DNA from: Pseudomonadota bacterium
GTDB taxonomy: Bacteria > Desulfobacterota > Binatia > Binatales > Binataceae
Direction of reading: 5' to 3'
Assembly: GCA_021323945.1 (NCBI GenBank)
Contig: JAJPKA010000018.1
Coordinates: forward strand, 162,853 to 226,852
DNA: 64,000 nt
Part shown: positions 1 to 9,135 of the stretch, one piece after another
How the letters are laid out: every line of letters begins with the position of its first letter
Numbering within the stretch: the stretch's first letter is position 1
The notes under the pieces: generated by a model
The model's input: only the letters and a program-made list of their open reading frames with translations
What the model was told of the DNA's origin: nothing
Database searches by the model: none
Made by a program: the position numbers and the translations under genes

Positions 1-1
1 T

Positions 2-163
2 GCGCAAGGCTGCGGAATGGGTGCAACCATCGCAATCGACGCCCGCCAGAAGCTGTTGTCTATTCCCGGTATTAGCGATGCGAACGTAGAGCTTGTATGG
101 GATCCGCCCTGGAATCCACAAATGATTTCACCCGAAGGCCGTGAACGCCTCGGCCTGGACTGA
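2..163 (+). CDS. C-terminal fragment of DUF59/SufT-type Fe-S cluster assembly protein (5' end outside window)
   Basis: Frame 2 reads AQGCGMGATIAIDARQKLLSIPGISDANVELVWDPPWNPQMISPEGRERLGLD*. The GCGMG and VWDPPW motifs are typical of DUF59/SufT. Confidence 0.85.
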   Translation, partial: AQGCGMGATIAIDARQKLLSIPGISDANVELVWDPPWNPQMISPEGRERLGLD

Positions 164-226
164 CTAATCAGGCTCGTTCTCAGTCGAAGTGGACAGCGCA
201 TTTTAAGGGGAGATAAGAAGCTTCCA

Positions 227-610
227 ATGTTTGCAATCATCAAGACCGGTGGGAAGCAGTACAGGGTTGTTCCTGGCGACCAAATAGTGGTCGAACGGCT
301 TGAAGGTGAAGTGGGTGCGGAGGTTTCCCTCGATCAAGTGCTGGCGGTTGGGGACGGCGACTCGGGGGCTATCGGTCGGCCGACGCTACCGGACGCGTGG
401 GTTAGGGCACGCATCGTTCAACAACCTCGCGGCACCAAAATCATCGTGTTCAAGAAAAAGCGACGGAAAAACTATCGGCGCAAACATGGGCATCGTCAGG
501 AGTTAACGGTTTTGCGAATCGAAGAGATAAGGCGGGGCTCCAGCGACCGCGCTACGGCCCCCGAAGCTCTGCCTGAGAAATCCGGTAGTCAATCGGACCA
601 CGAGGTGTGA
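227..610 (+). CDS. rplU: 50S ribosomal protein L21
   Basis: [14 protein letters not shown]...[17 protein letters not shown]; short C-terminal extension. Confidence 0.98.
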   Translation: MFAIIKTGGKQYRVVPGDQIVVERLEGEVGAEVSLDQVLAVGDGDSGAIGRPTLPDAWVRARIVQQPRGTKIIVFKKKRRKNYRRKHGHRQELTVLRIEEIRRGSSDRATAPEALPEKSGSQSDHEV

Positions 611-614
611 TGAG

Positions 615-905
615 ATGGCGCACAAGAAGGGACAGGGCTCTACACGCAATGGGCGTGACAGTCCGGGTCAGCGTCGCGGTGTTAAAGTTTATGCAGGTCA
701 AACCGTAAAAGCCGGTAACATTCTGGTTCGCCAACTTGGGACGAGGATTCATCCGGGTCGCAACGTTGGACTCGGCCGTGACTACACGCTCTACGCTAGA
801 ATCGACGGTGTCGTTAAATACGAGAGCTATAGAGGCCGCGGGCGGCGCGTCAGTGTCGAGCCAAACATGTCATCGCATTCCAGCGAAGGACTAACCGCGC
901 AGTAG
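615..905 (+). CDS. rpmA: 50S ribosomal protein L27
   Basis: [16 protein letters not shown]...[10 protein letters not shown]; canonical position after rplU. Confidence 0.98.
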   Translation: MAHKKGQGSTRNGRDSPGQRRGVKVYAGQTVKAGNILVRQLGTRIHPGRNVGLGRDYTLYARIDGVVKYESYRGRGRRVSVEPNMSSHSSEGLTAQ

Positions 906-1054
906 CCCGGCGCCGCCGATGAAACGCGTTGCGCAAACACCCAGACAATCGTTGATCGCGATTCGCAATCACGCGGACACGCGTTGTGTTCACACCGACT
1001 GTGCGGTCAACTTCCATGCACGAGTCGATCGGTGAAGCGAATAGGGACTGCAGA

Positions 1055-2161
1055 CTAGTTCCACGGCGCGTGAGCTTTTAGTCCCAGTGAATCAGCTACT
1101 GCCGGATGCACTACAGAGCCATTGTAAGTGTTCAGTCCTGAACGCAAAGCTGGATTGCGGTCACAGGCCTCGAGCAATCCGTGATCAGCGATTTCAAGTG
1201 CGTACGAGAGAGTGGCGTTGGTTAACGCGTAAGTGGACGTGTGCGGCACGACGCCGGGCATGTTGGTCACGCAGTAATGGACCACACCCTCACGAATGTA
1301 GATCGGGTTTGAGTGAGTAGTCGGGGAAGAGGTTTCAGAGATGCCCCCCTGGTCAATCGAGATATCGACCAGCGCGGCGCCGCGTTTCATCTTTGAGACC
1401 ATCGAGCGCGTAATGAGTCGAGGTGCTCGTGCACCGGCTACCAGCACCGTCCCCACTACCAGGTCCGCCTGTCTGATCTCTTCCTCTAGGGTCGCGCGGT
1501 TCGACATGACAGTCACCGCACGATTGCTTAAAAGGTCACTGAGATAACGCAGACGCAGCGGATTGACGTCTAGGATTGTCACTTGTGCGCCGACGCCCTC
1601 GGCTACGCGACACGCGTTGAATCCGGCTATGCCACCTCCGATGATCAAAACCTTTCCCGGTCGCACACCGGGAGCGCCACTTAACAGAACTCCTGCCCCC
1701 CCGTTTTGCGCTTCGAGGCACCATCCGCCGACCTGGATGGCGAGACGACCCGCAACCTCGCTCATTGGCGCCAACAATGGCAGACTTGAATCTTCCAACT
1801 GGACGGTTTCATAGCCCAGCGCGGCGACCCGCCGCTTCAGCAGCACGCGTGCCACCTGCGGCTCTGCGGCAAGATGTAGGTAGGTGAAGAGGATGAGACC
1901 CGGGCGCAAGAACTTGAATTCGGAGGGAAGCGGTTCTTTGACCTTGAGCACCAAATCGGCTCGATTCCATACCGCAGATGCCGAGGTGACTACTTGCGCT
2001 CCCGCGGCGCGATACTGCTGGTCGGTAAATCCGCTGCCCAGACCGGCGCCATGTTGAACGTAAACCCGATGTCCATGGCTTACGAATGCGGCTGCGCCGG
2101 CCGGCGTCATCGCAACTCTGCGCTCGTCGGCCTTAATCTCTTTCAAAACTCCCACGATCAT
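1055..2161 (-). CDS. ald: Alanine dehydrogenase
   Basis: KEIK..ERRVAMTP, LKVKEP, FTYLHLA, PMSEVAGR, IDQGG and NMPGVVP motifs. Confidence 0.96.
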   Translation of the reverse strand: MIVGVLKEIKADERRVAMTPAGAAAFVSHGHRVYVQHGAGLGSGFTDQQYRAAGAQVVTSASAVWNRADLVLKVKEPLPSEFKFLRPGLILFTYLHLAAEPQVARVLLKRRVAALGYETVQLEDSSLPLLAPMSEVAGRLAIQVGGWCLEAQNGGAGVLLSGAPGVRPGKVLIIGGGIAGFNACRVAEGVGAQVTILDVNPLRLRYLSDLLSNRAVTVMSNRATLEEEIRQADLVVGTVLVAGARAPRLITRSMVSKMKRGAALVDISIDQGGISETSSPTTHSNPIYIREGVVHYCVTNMPGVVPHTSTYALTNATLSYALEIADHGLLEACDRNPALRSGLNTYNGSVVHPAVADSLGLKAHAPWN

Positions 2162-2375
2162 TTTTTTTCAACTGTAGAAGAGCAACCAAAGATCGGCAAG
2201 GAACTGACACCGGTTGCCTTTCTGTGCGCAAGTGGATTGAGTTCGATCGGAAGGTCGCCGTCAGTGCTTGACAACTGCTCTGTTGCCGCGCTTGATGAAC
2301 ACTGAAGCTCATTCAATGTCCGCTGCGCCCGGCTGCTCGATAACGGGCCAGCCGCTAGCGCTTTGGGAGGAGAAG

Positions 2376-2768
2376 ATGGAGGCTCCGCCGGGACTCAAGT
2401 ATTCGAAAGAACATGAATGGGTGTCGACTGAAGACTCGTTAGCTACCATCGGCATTACCGATCACGCTCAGGAACAGCTTGGAGAAATTGTTTACATCGA
2501 GTTACCGTCGGTTGGTGAAAAAGTGAGCAAGGATGACCCCTTCGGAGTTGTCGAGTCAGTCAAGGCGGTCTCTGACATTTACGCGCCGGTCAGCGGCACG
2601 GTAGTTGAGGTCAACGAAGACTTGGCTGAAAGTCCTGAGGTCGTCAATGAAGATCCCTATGGTGACGGCTGGCTGATAAAGGTCAGAGTGAGCGACCCGA
2701 CCGATCTTGACGATCTTATGGATAACGAAGAATACGAGCAGATGATCGCCCGCGAGAAAGAAGAGTAA
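2376..2768 (+). CDS. gcvH: Glycine cleavage system H protein (lipoyl carrier)
   Basis: [27 protein letters not shown] (lipoyl-Lys), DPYGDGW. ATG 2376 follows GGAGGAG, so it is preferred over the ORF-track start at 2268. Confidence 0.96.
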   Translation: MEAPPGLKYSKEHEWVSTEDSLATIGITDHAQEQLGEIVYIELPSVGEKVSKDDPFGVVESVKAVSDIYAPVSGTVVEVNEDLAESPEVVNEDPYGDGWLIKVRVSDPTDLDDLMDNEEYEQMIAREKEE

Positions 2769-3055
2769 ACACGAGCGTCGAAGCAGCCGCGGGAACGCCC
2801 TTTGGCGGCTGACCCGCGGCGGCCTAAATCAGCGATGCTGCCTCTCGCCATCGGAAAGCGTGGAGAGGGGCATCAAAGCCCGCAGATTCAGTGAGCTCGG
2901 ATGCGTCCCGCGTATCGCGAGGCCGGATACAGCGCTCCAGTCCGCCAGCGTCTCCCAGGCGTGAGTCAGGCTGCTGCAGCGATACGTCCTGCCCTTACTC
3001 ATCAACAGTCGTGCGTAATCGGTACTAAGCTTCGAGCCAGGCTCAGTCCCTGAGA

Positions 3056-4483
3056 TCATGACGCTGACTGTTCAAAGTTAGGGGCCCGGACAGGGATCGC
3101 CTGTGAGACCGAAACCTCATAGCTGTGAGCGGTAGCCGAGGGATTCATCAGCACAATAACGAAGCGGCAAGTCGTCGACGGCTCGAGTACGAAGTTTTTG
3201 GCCGGCTCGAGCTTTTGCAGGAAATCGATTTCATGCGGGGTCATTTGGCCGACCATTCCGGGCGAAACCGAATTGCCACAGTATGCTGAGCCCGATGCCA
3301 CTAACCGACGCTGCAGATCGCGCAGCCCCGCAGAGAGTTGCACGAGGTGTAGTGGCTCGGTGCCGACATTTTCTGCGGTGCCGCTAATCACCAGCGCTCG
3401 CCACGGGCCTTTACCCACTTGATAGGTTGCATCGACATCGCGCAGCGCGACCAGCTTTGCCGGCGTTGTCGGAACGGTAAAACGGTCGCCCACCAGCGGC
3501 AAATAGCTCAGAACCGACGCCGACGCGGCGGGAGCGTTGTGGATCAGCAGGGTGAGCGCCCCGAAGCCGAGCGCAATCAGGAAGATGAGCAGGATAAAGA
3601 AGCGCGACGAGTGAATGATACCGCGGTTGTAGATCGGGGCCTCGGCTTCGTCGATGAACTCGTCGTCGAGCAATTCTGCCCTTTGCCGGCGCCTCCGACC
3701 GCCGCTCCTCCTGGGCGTTTCGTCGCCGAACGTGTCGTCACGAAAGTTTTTTTCCTCGACTGCTCCCGGCGCCGCAAACTCGTCATCACCCACCCGCCAT
3801 CGGCTGCCTTCCACGGTGGGTGGGTCCGCGAGCGAGGTCGGCCGCCGACTCCGTCTGCTTACCTTGAGGGGGTTGGGCTCGGGTTCTTCATCAGTGAAGT
3901 CGAACGATAGGTTCTCTCCGGAGTTGTCTGGCTCACTCCCGGTAAACAGCCGTGAGTAGAATTTTCGCGCCTCCTCTGCTGCGACTCGTGCTGCTGGTTC
4001 AGATGACGACTTACTATTCGACCGCGGGCTCTCGACGCTGGTCGCCGGCGTGCTGGTCCCAGAACGATTTGTCCGCTCTTGCGGGCCTAGACCGTTGGCG
4101 AGGCGCCGCTCGCCGCTCGCCGCGGAGGGTGCCCGACGGACCGCCGAAGATTCGGGGCGCGTCATTTCGTCGAAACCTGGAGGCACCTCTGGAGAAGGTG
4201 TTGCGGGAGCGGCTTGCTCATGATTAGGGAATTCCTTGGCTTGCGCTGCCGGCGCTTGTCCCTCGTCCGTTGCAGGAGAAGGCGGCCGATCATCGGGAGG
4301 TTCGGCCGTGCGTTCTTGCTCAGGCTTAAGCCTCCCATGCTGCGCGGATGCCCGAGACTTCCGCGGTTCACAGCTAAAAACATGACCGCATCGCGAGCAC
4401 TTGAAAGTCGGCAAACCTTCCGGCAGAACCTGTTCATCGATACGGTAACGTGTATGACAGCTGGTACACTGAACTTCTATCAT
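3056..4483 (-). CDS. MJ0042-type zinc-ribbon protein with long disordered linker, one TM helix and a DUF3426-like C-terminal domain
   Basis: N-terminal CTSC...CSRC, P/S/E/R-rich linker, hydrophobic segment FFILLIFLIALGFGALTLLI, then ISGTAENVG beta-rich domain. Confidence 0.75.
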   Translation of the reverse strand: MIEVQCTSCHTRYRIDEQVLPEGLPTFKCSRCGHVFSCEPRKSRASAQHGRLKPEQERTAEPPDDRPPSPATDEGQAPAAQAKEFPNHEQAAPATPSPEVPPGFDEMTRPESSAVRRAPSAASGERRLANGLGPQERTNRSGTSTPATSVESPRSNSKSSSEPAARVAAEEARKFYSRLFTGSEPDNSGENLSFDFTDEEPEPNPLKVSRRSRRPTSLADPPTVEGSRWRVGDDEFAAPGAVEEKNFRDDTFGDETPRRSGGRRRRQRAELLDDEFIDEAEAPIYNRGIIHSSRFFILLIFLIALGFGALTLLIHNAPAASASVLSYLPLVGDRFTVPTTPAKLVALRDVDATYQVGKGPWRALVISGTAENVGTEPLHLVQLSAGLRDLQRRLVASGSAYCGNSVSPGMVGQMTPHEIDFLQKLEPAKNFVLEPSTTCRFVIVLMNPSATAHSYEVSVSQAIPVRAPNFEQSAS

Positions 4484-4608
4484 CCGCGCGCCTCATCAAC
4501 TGGATTAGACGTTACCACAGTCCCATATTAGGATCAGCCTTGGGTAGTGAGAGCCCTTTGCGCGGACCAGCCACTGGCCGATTGTGGCATGCTTGATTGA
4601 CTCGTGCT

Positions 4609-5721
4609 ATGCGAATTGCCTTGGTAAATCGCCGTTTCGATGCCACCGGTGGCGGTACAGAGCGCGATTTATTGGTTACCGCGCAATTGCTCACCGCCGC
4701 AGGCCATCAAGTTACCATTTATGCCGCGGAAGTTCGCCGGCAAAATCCAGGTGTGGATGTCAGGAGTCTCATGAGTCTGCCCTTCGGCCGAGCCTTGAGA
4801 CTGCTTGTGTTTGGACTCCGCGCGGCGGCGGTGGCGCGCAGAGACGGAGCTGACTTGGTGGTGAGTTTTGCTCGTGCAATAAACGCAGATATTATGCGCT
4901 CGGGGGGAGGGGCGCACAAAAGCTACATTGCCGCAGCACGGCAATGGCAGGGGACCACCGGCCAGGCCCTGATGAGGCTTAGTCCTTACCATCGCGTGCA
5001 GCTTGCGCTAGAGCGAGCCGCGTTCAGGTCACGCCAAACCCGGCGCGTAATTGCAGTCTCGGAACTGGTCCGCCGTGACCTCGTAAGAAGTTTTGGCTTG
5101 CCCGATCCGCGCGTTAAGCTCCTGTACAACGGCGTTGATCTAAGGCGGTTTGTGCCTAGTCGAGACCGATCGCGCTCAAACCCGCTGCGCTCCCGATTAG
5201 GCCTCGGTAGCGCTACCGCAATTGCATTCATCGGAAACGGTTTTGCGCGCAAGGGATTGTGGTTTCTGCTCGAGGCCTGGCCAATGGTCGATTCACGCGC
5301 CCGGCTGCTTGTGGCTGGGGTGGATCGGTCACTCAAAGCCTATCAGCGTCGTGCAACGCAATTGGGAATTGGCGACCGGGTGATTTTTCTTGGCAAATGC
5401 GCCGATGTCGCGGAACTGCTCACCGCGGTGGATGGGTTAGCTTTGCCCTCGTTGTTCGAACCCTTCGGCAACGTTGTAATTGAAGCGATGGCGGCTGGAC
5501 TGCCCGTACTTTGTAGTCAACAGACCGGCGCGGCCGAGCTGATTCCACCGGTGTTACGTGAATTGATCGTGACCGATCCAACCGACGTCGAGGAGCTGGG
5601 ACGGCGGCTCAAGCTGCTGTTGAAGATTGACGGCGACGCGACGCAATTATTGCGGTCGACTGCGGAACAATATAGTTGGGAGCGGTATGGTTGGGAGCTG
5701 CAGCGGATTCTCTCTTTCTAA
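4609..5721 (+). CDS. Glycosyltransferase family 4 (WaaG-like)
   Basis: MRIALV..GGGTER, AVSELV, YNGVD, RKG, EPFGNVVIEAMAAGLPV. Confidence 0.92.
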   Translation: MRIALVNRRFDATGGGTERDLLVTAQLLTAAGHQVTIYAAEVRRQNPGVDVRSLMSLPFGRALRLLVFGLRAAAVARRDGADLVVSFARAINADIMRSGGGAHKSYIAAARQWQGTTGQALMRLSPYHRVQLALERAAFRSRQTRRVIAVSELVRRDLVRSFGLPDPRVKLLYNGVDLRRFVPSRDRSRSNPLRSRLGLGSATAIAFIGNGFARKGLWFLLEAWPMVDSRARLLVAGVDRSLKAYQRRATQLGIGDRVIFLGKCADVAELLTAVDGLALPSLFEPFGNVVIEAMAAGLPVLCSQQTGAAELIPPVLRELIVTDPTDVEELGRRLKLLLKIDGDATQLLRSTAEQYSWERYGWELQRILSF

Positions 5722-5783
5722 AAGATATAAAATCGAAGTTGTGACACGCTATGCGGCCGGGCTGTAGCTATCGGATAACAAAT

Positions 5784-6671
5784 TCAGTGAGCGTTCAGAC
5801 GGCGCAATCCGTCGCGCATGCCCTGCGCTATCGCCAGGCGTCTTTCCTCACGGGCAATTCGAGCGACGGGTGCTTTAAGAGCGCGCGCCAGGGCAAGCCG
5901 CAGTGCTGCGAGGGTTAACTTGATAAGCACCTCTCCCCGAGAGTGGCGCTCGTGCAAGGTTCGGCAAAAACCGCGCTCGCGCGCGATCCTGATGAAGCGC
6001 GATCGCACTGCTCGCCTTGAGTCAACCTCGTGCCAAACCAGCGCCCTTGGAGCGTAGCCGATGTGCAGCCCCGCACGACGCAAACGCTGCGAGAGCTCGG
6101 TCTCTTCCTCATGACCCGCGGCGCCTGGCCCCAGGCGCTCGTCGAAAAGTCCAACCATGCGGAGGGCGGAGGCGCGAAAGGCCATGTTCGCGCCGATCAC
6201 CCCGCGCACCTCGATAACCTCCTCTCCATGGTCTACGAGCGGAAGGTCCAGGTAAGCGGCATTTTCACCTGCGGCGACTTCGGGATTCTCCGCAGGGAGA
6301 ATCCGTCCCTTCATCGCGGCAAACTCAGGATGATCCGCAAAGAAAGCTTCGACCGCCTTTAGGTAATCCCTTGCGGGCACAACATCATCATCCAAGAAGA
6401 CGAGAATCTCGCCGGACGTTAGTGCGATCGCCCTATTCTGGATCCTGCATTTGCCGGGTCTTGGATCATGAAGGTGAACGAACTGGAGATCGGGGATGGC
6501 AATTGGAGTGGATGCAACGGTTCCGTTCTCCGCCACTAGCAACTCATGACGGTCGCCCACAAGCTGGGGCGCAAGACTGTGCAATAGACGAGCGAGAGAA
6601 CTTGGTCGTTGATGGCTGGCGACGATAATCGAGAGCTTGGCCACGGGCTGCTCGCCTGCCTGGTTATGCAA
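5784..6671 (-). CDS. Glycosyltransferase family 2
   Basis: SIIVASHQR, FLDDD (DXD), GANMAFR, GLFDERLG, EETEL. Confidence 0.9.
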   Translation of the reverse strand: MHNQAGEQPVAKLSIIVASHQRPSSLARLLHSLAPQLVGDRHELLVAENGTVASTPIAIPDLQFVHLHDPRPGKCRIQNRAIALTSGEILVFLDDDVVPARDYLKAVEAFFADHPEFAAMKGRILPAENPEVAAGENAAYLDLPLVDHGEEVIEVRGVIGANMAFRASALRMVGLFDERLGPGAAGHEEETELSQRLRRAGLHIGYAPRALVWHEVDSRRAVRSRFIRIARERGFCRTLHERHSRGEVLIKLTLAALRLALARALKAPVARIAREERRLAIAQGMRDGLRRLNAH

Positions 6672-6691
6672 AATGTTCTGTCAGCACATCC

Positions 6692-7297
6692 TCAGGACGA
6701 ACCTAGAAGCAGATGCAAAAAATTCATCGTAAGCTCGTAGGTGAGGCCCCAGATAACCTGTTTGTGGTAAAGTATAGCCGGGCGTAGGAGTTCTACATGA
6801 TCGCGCTGCCATCGATGAATTCCTCGGTAGCGCGGATCGGCCAATACCGCAAGAGGCACTTCGAAGATTTCGGCGACCTCCTTTGGATCGGGATGGAGTT
6901 GGGGTTCACCCTTGACGATTCCCACGAAGGGAGTAACGAGGATGTTGGTGCTGCGTGTACGGCGACCCTCGAAGGCTCCGAGAATATCCAACGAATGAGG
7001 TTCGAGACCGATCTCTTCGTGCGCTTCGCGCAACGCCGCACCTAAAAGGTCAGCGTCGCGCTGATCGAAGCGGCCTCCCGGGAACGCAACCTCGCCGCGG
7101 TGGTTAGCGAGGCGATCGGAGCGTCGAGTATAAAGCACCGTAAACTGGTTGTCACGGCGCAGCAACGCGATCAGCACGGCTGCTGACTTGAGTCCGCCGT
7201 CGACGGCTGGACGTTCTACAGAGTCCGCAGGTATGAGTCGCTGCCTCAAACGCTCGAGGCAGGCGTCGATCTCGCAAGCATCTGGCGGCTGATTCAT
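6692..7297 (-). CDS. Nudix hydrolase, CoA pyrophosphatase (NudL/PCD1) subfamily
   Basis: AAVLI, YTRRS, HRGEVAFPGG, ALREAHEEIGL Nudix box, IWGLT. Confidence 0.92.
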   Translation of the reverse strand: MNQPPDACEIDACLERLRQRLIPADSVERPAVDGGLKSAAVLIALLRRDNQFTVLYTRRSDRLANHRGEVAFPGGRFDQRDADLLGAALREAHEEIGLEPHSLDILGAFEGRRTRSTNILVTPFVGIVKGEPQLHPDPKEVAEIFEVPLAVLADPRYRGIHRWQRDHVELLRPAILYHKQVIWGLTYELTMNFLHLLLGSS

Positions 7298-7440
7298 GTA
7301 GCCTAGATCATCCTTGCATGTCGACAGCTGTGCAAGGATTTAGGCCGTTGGCACTGAACGGTTTGTCCTGGGCTCAGGTGAGCGGAGACCGTTTGATGGA
7401 GTTGTCAAGACAAGGTTGAGAAAGCCGATTAGGCGTCGGG

Positions 7441-8685
7441 GTGCATTTGCGAGCCGTGCGCGAAGGTCATTTTAACAAGGGACAATCGACGAGCGGGACG
7501 CGATATCTCATCGGGCGTTATCACGAGATTACGCTGAAGGGACGTAATCGCTGGCGCTTCGTTCGGCAGCTCAAGCACAATCTCGTCGAAGTCTTCGGAG
7601 ACTATTCTTTAAACCGAATCCACCTGGAAGGCCCGCGAATTATTGTCGAACTGCCCCGTGCACTGACCGATCAGATTGCCACCGAGCGCGCCAAGCTGAT
7701 CTTCGGCCTGCAGAATTTTTCGATCAGCCATGCTGTGCCTCTCGACATAGAAGCGATCAAGCGGCAGGCTGTGGCAATCGCTGCTTGCGGTGTTGCAGCT
7801 TGTCCGGAACGCACTTTTCGCGTCAGCTCACGACGTGCAGAAAAACGCTTCGGCCTGACGTCGATGGAGATCGATCGCGAGGTCGGTGCGGAAGTCAGCT
7901 CAGCGCTGGGGCTCAAAGTGGATCTGGAAAATCCACAAATGACCATCTCCATCGAAATTCTGCCGGGGGTGGCATACGTCTCCGCCGGCAAGATAACGGG
8001 AGCTGGTGGCCTACCAGTCGGAGTAACAGGAAGAGGTCTGGTTCTGCTGTCGGGCGGCATCGATTCCCCGGTGGCTGCTTACCGGATGATGAGGCGGGGA
8101 ATGCGTGTCGATTTCGTCCACTTCCATAGCTATCCTTTGGTATCGAGTGCCAGCCGGGACAAGGCTCGCGAGCTCGCAGCGCATTTGACTCGTTACCAGG
8201 CGAGATCGAGTCTGATGTTAGTCCCGTTTGCAGCTGCGCAACGCGAGATAGTGGCGCGAGTGCCGCGCCCGCTCAGAGTCGTGGTCTATCGGCGAGTAAT
8301 GTTGGCGATCGCCAGTGAACTGGCAGAAAGAGTCGGTGCACAAGTCTTGATCACGGGTGAGAGTCTTGGTCAGGTTGCGTCGCAGACACTGGAAAATATG
8401 ATGATCATTCAACAGGCGGCGAGGCACCCGGTGCTCCGCCCGCTAATCGGTATGGATAAGAATGAGATAGTTAGTGAGGCGCGGCGCTTGTCTACTTTTG
8501 AAACCTCGATCCAGCCCGACGAGGATTGCTGCACGTTGTTCACCCCCGCCCACCCCGAAACGCATGCGCGCTTTGACCAGGTCGCCCAGGCCGAAGCAAT
8601 GCTTGCTATGGATCAGCTCGTCCAGCAGGCTGTGAAGTCTACCGAGATCGTGCTTAATGCTTTCCCTCGCCCAACAACAGAATAG
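7441..8685 (+). CDS. thiI: tRNA 4-thiouridine synthase ThiI (THUMP + PP-loop, no C-terminal rhodanese domain)
   Basis: RYHEITLKGRNR, GGLPVG, LLSGGIDSPVA, GESLGQVASQT, EDCC. Exact start codon uncertain. Confidence 0.95.
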   Translation: MHLRAVREGHFNKGQSTSGTRYLIGRYHEITLKGRNRWRFVRQLKHNLVEVFGDYSLNRIHLEGPRIIVELPRALTDQIATERAKLIFGLQNFSISHAVPLDIEAIKRQAVAIAACGVAACPERTFRVSSRRAEKRFGLTSMEIDREVGAEVSSALGLKVDLENPQMTISIEILPGVAYVSAGKITGAGGLPVGVTGRGLVLLSGGIDSPVAAYRMMRRGMRVDFVHFHSYPLVSSASRDKARELAAHLTRYQARSSLMLVPFAAAQREIVARVPRPLRVVVYRRVMLAIASELAERVGAQVLITGESLGQVASQTLENMMIIQQAARHPVLRPLIGMDKNEIVSEARRLSTFETSIQPDEDCCTLFTPAHPETHARFDQVAQAEAMLAMDQLVQQAVKSTEIVLNAFPRPTTE

Positions 8686-8697
8686 CGAGTAGAGGCC

Positions 8698-9099
8698 ATG
8701 GGAATTCCATTCGTTGTTGCTGAATTGGATCACATTGTGCTGCGATGCCGCCAACAGGATCGGATGCTGGACTTCTACACACGAGTGCTCGGTCTTAAGG
8801 AGGAGAGGAGAATTCCACAGATCGGTCTTATCCAGCTCCGCGCGGGAGCCAGCATGGTCGATCTTGTCCCCACTTGTGAGCCGCGGATGGAAAACGCGCT
8901 CAACGTGGACCATTTCTGTCTGGGCATAGAGACTGACGATCTCAATTTGGCAATCAACTATCTGCGGGCAAACGGCACCGAAGTCATTGGCGAACCAGCC
9001 GCGCGCTATGGCGCCCGTGGGATCGGTAAGTCGATCTACGCGCGCGATCCGGAGGGTAACGTGATTGAACTCAAACAGCTACCCAAAGGATCGGTTTAG
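8698..9099 (+). CDS. VOC/glyoxalase family protein
   Basis: LDHIVL, FYTRVLG, DHFCL, SIYARDPEGNVIEL. Confidence 0.9.
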   Translation: MGIPFVVAELDHIVLRCRQQDRMLDFYTRVLGLKEERRIPQIGLIQLRAGASMVDLVPTCEPRMENALNVDHFCLGIETDDLNLAINYLRANGTEVIGEPAARYGARGIGKSIYARDPEGNVIELKQLPKGSV

Positions 9100-9135
9100 T
9101 TTTGAGCCCCGAAAACGGACCCGGGCTAAAGTGAA

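Noticed and set aside
2162..2375. Glycine riboswitch upstream of gcvH
   Set aside because: The conserved aptamer elements (GGAGA...CCGAAG...CTCAGG) are not present in order.
7298..7440. TPP riboswitch upstream of thiI
   Set aside because: No CTGAGA / ACCTGA core is visible; ThiI here is most simply a tRNA-modification enzyme.
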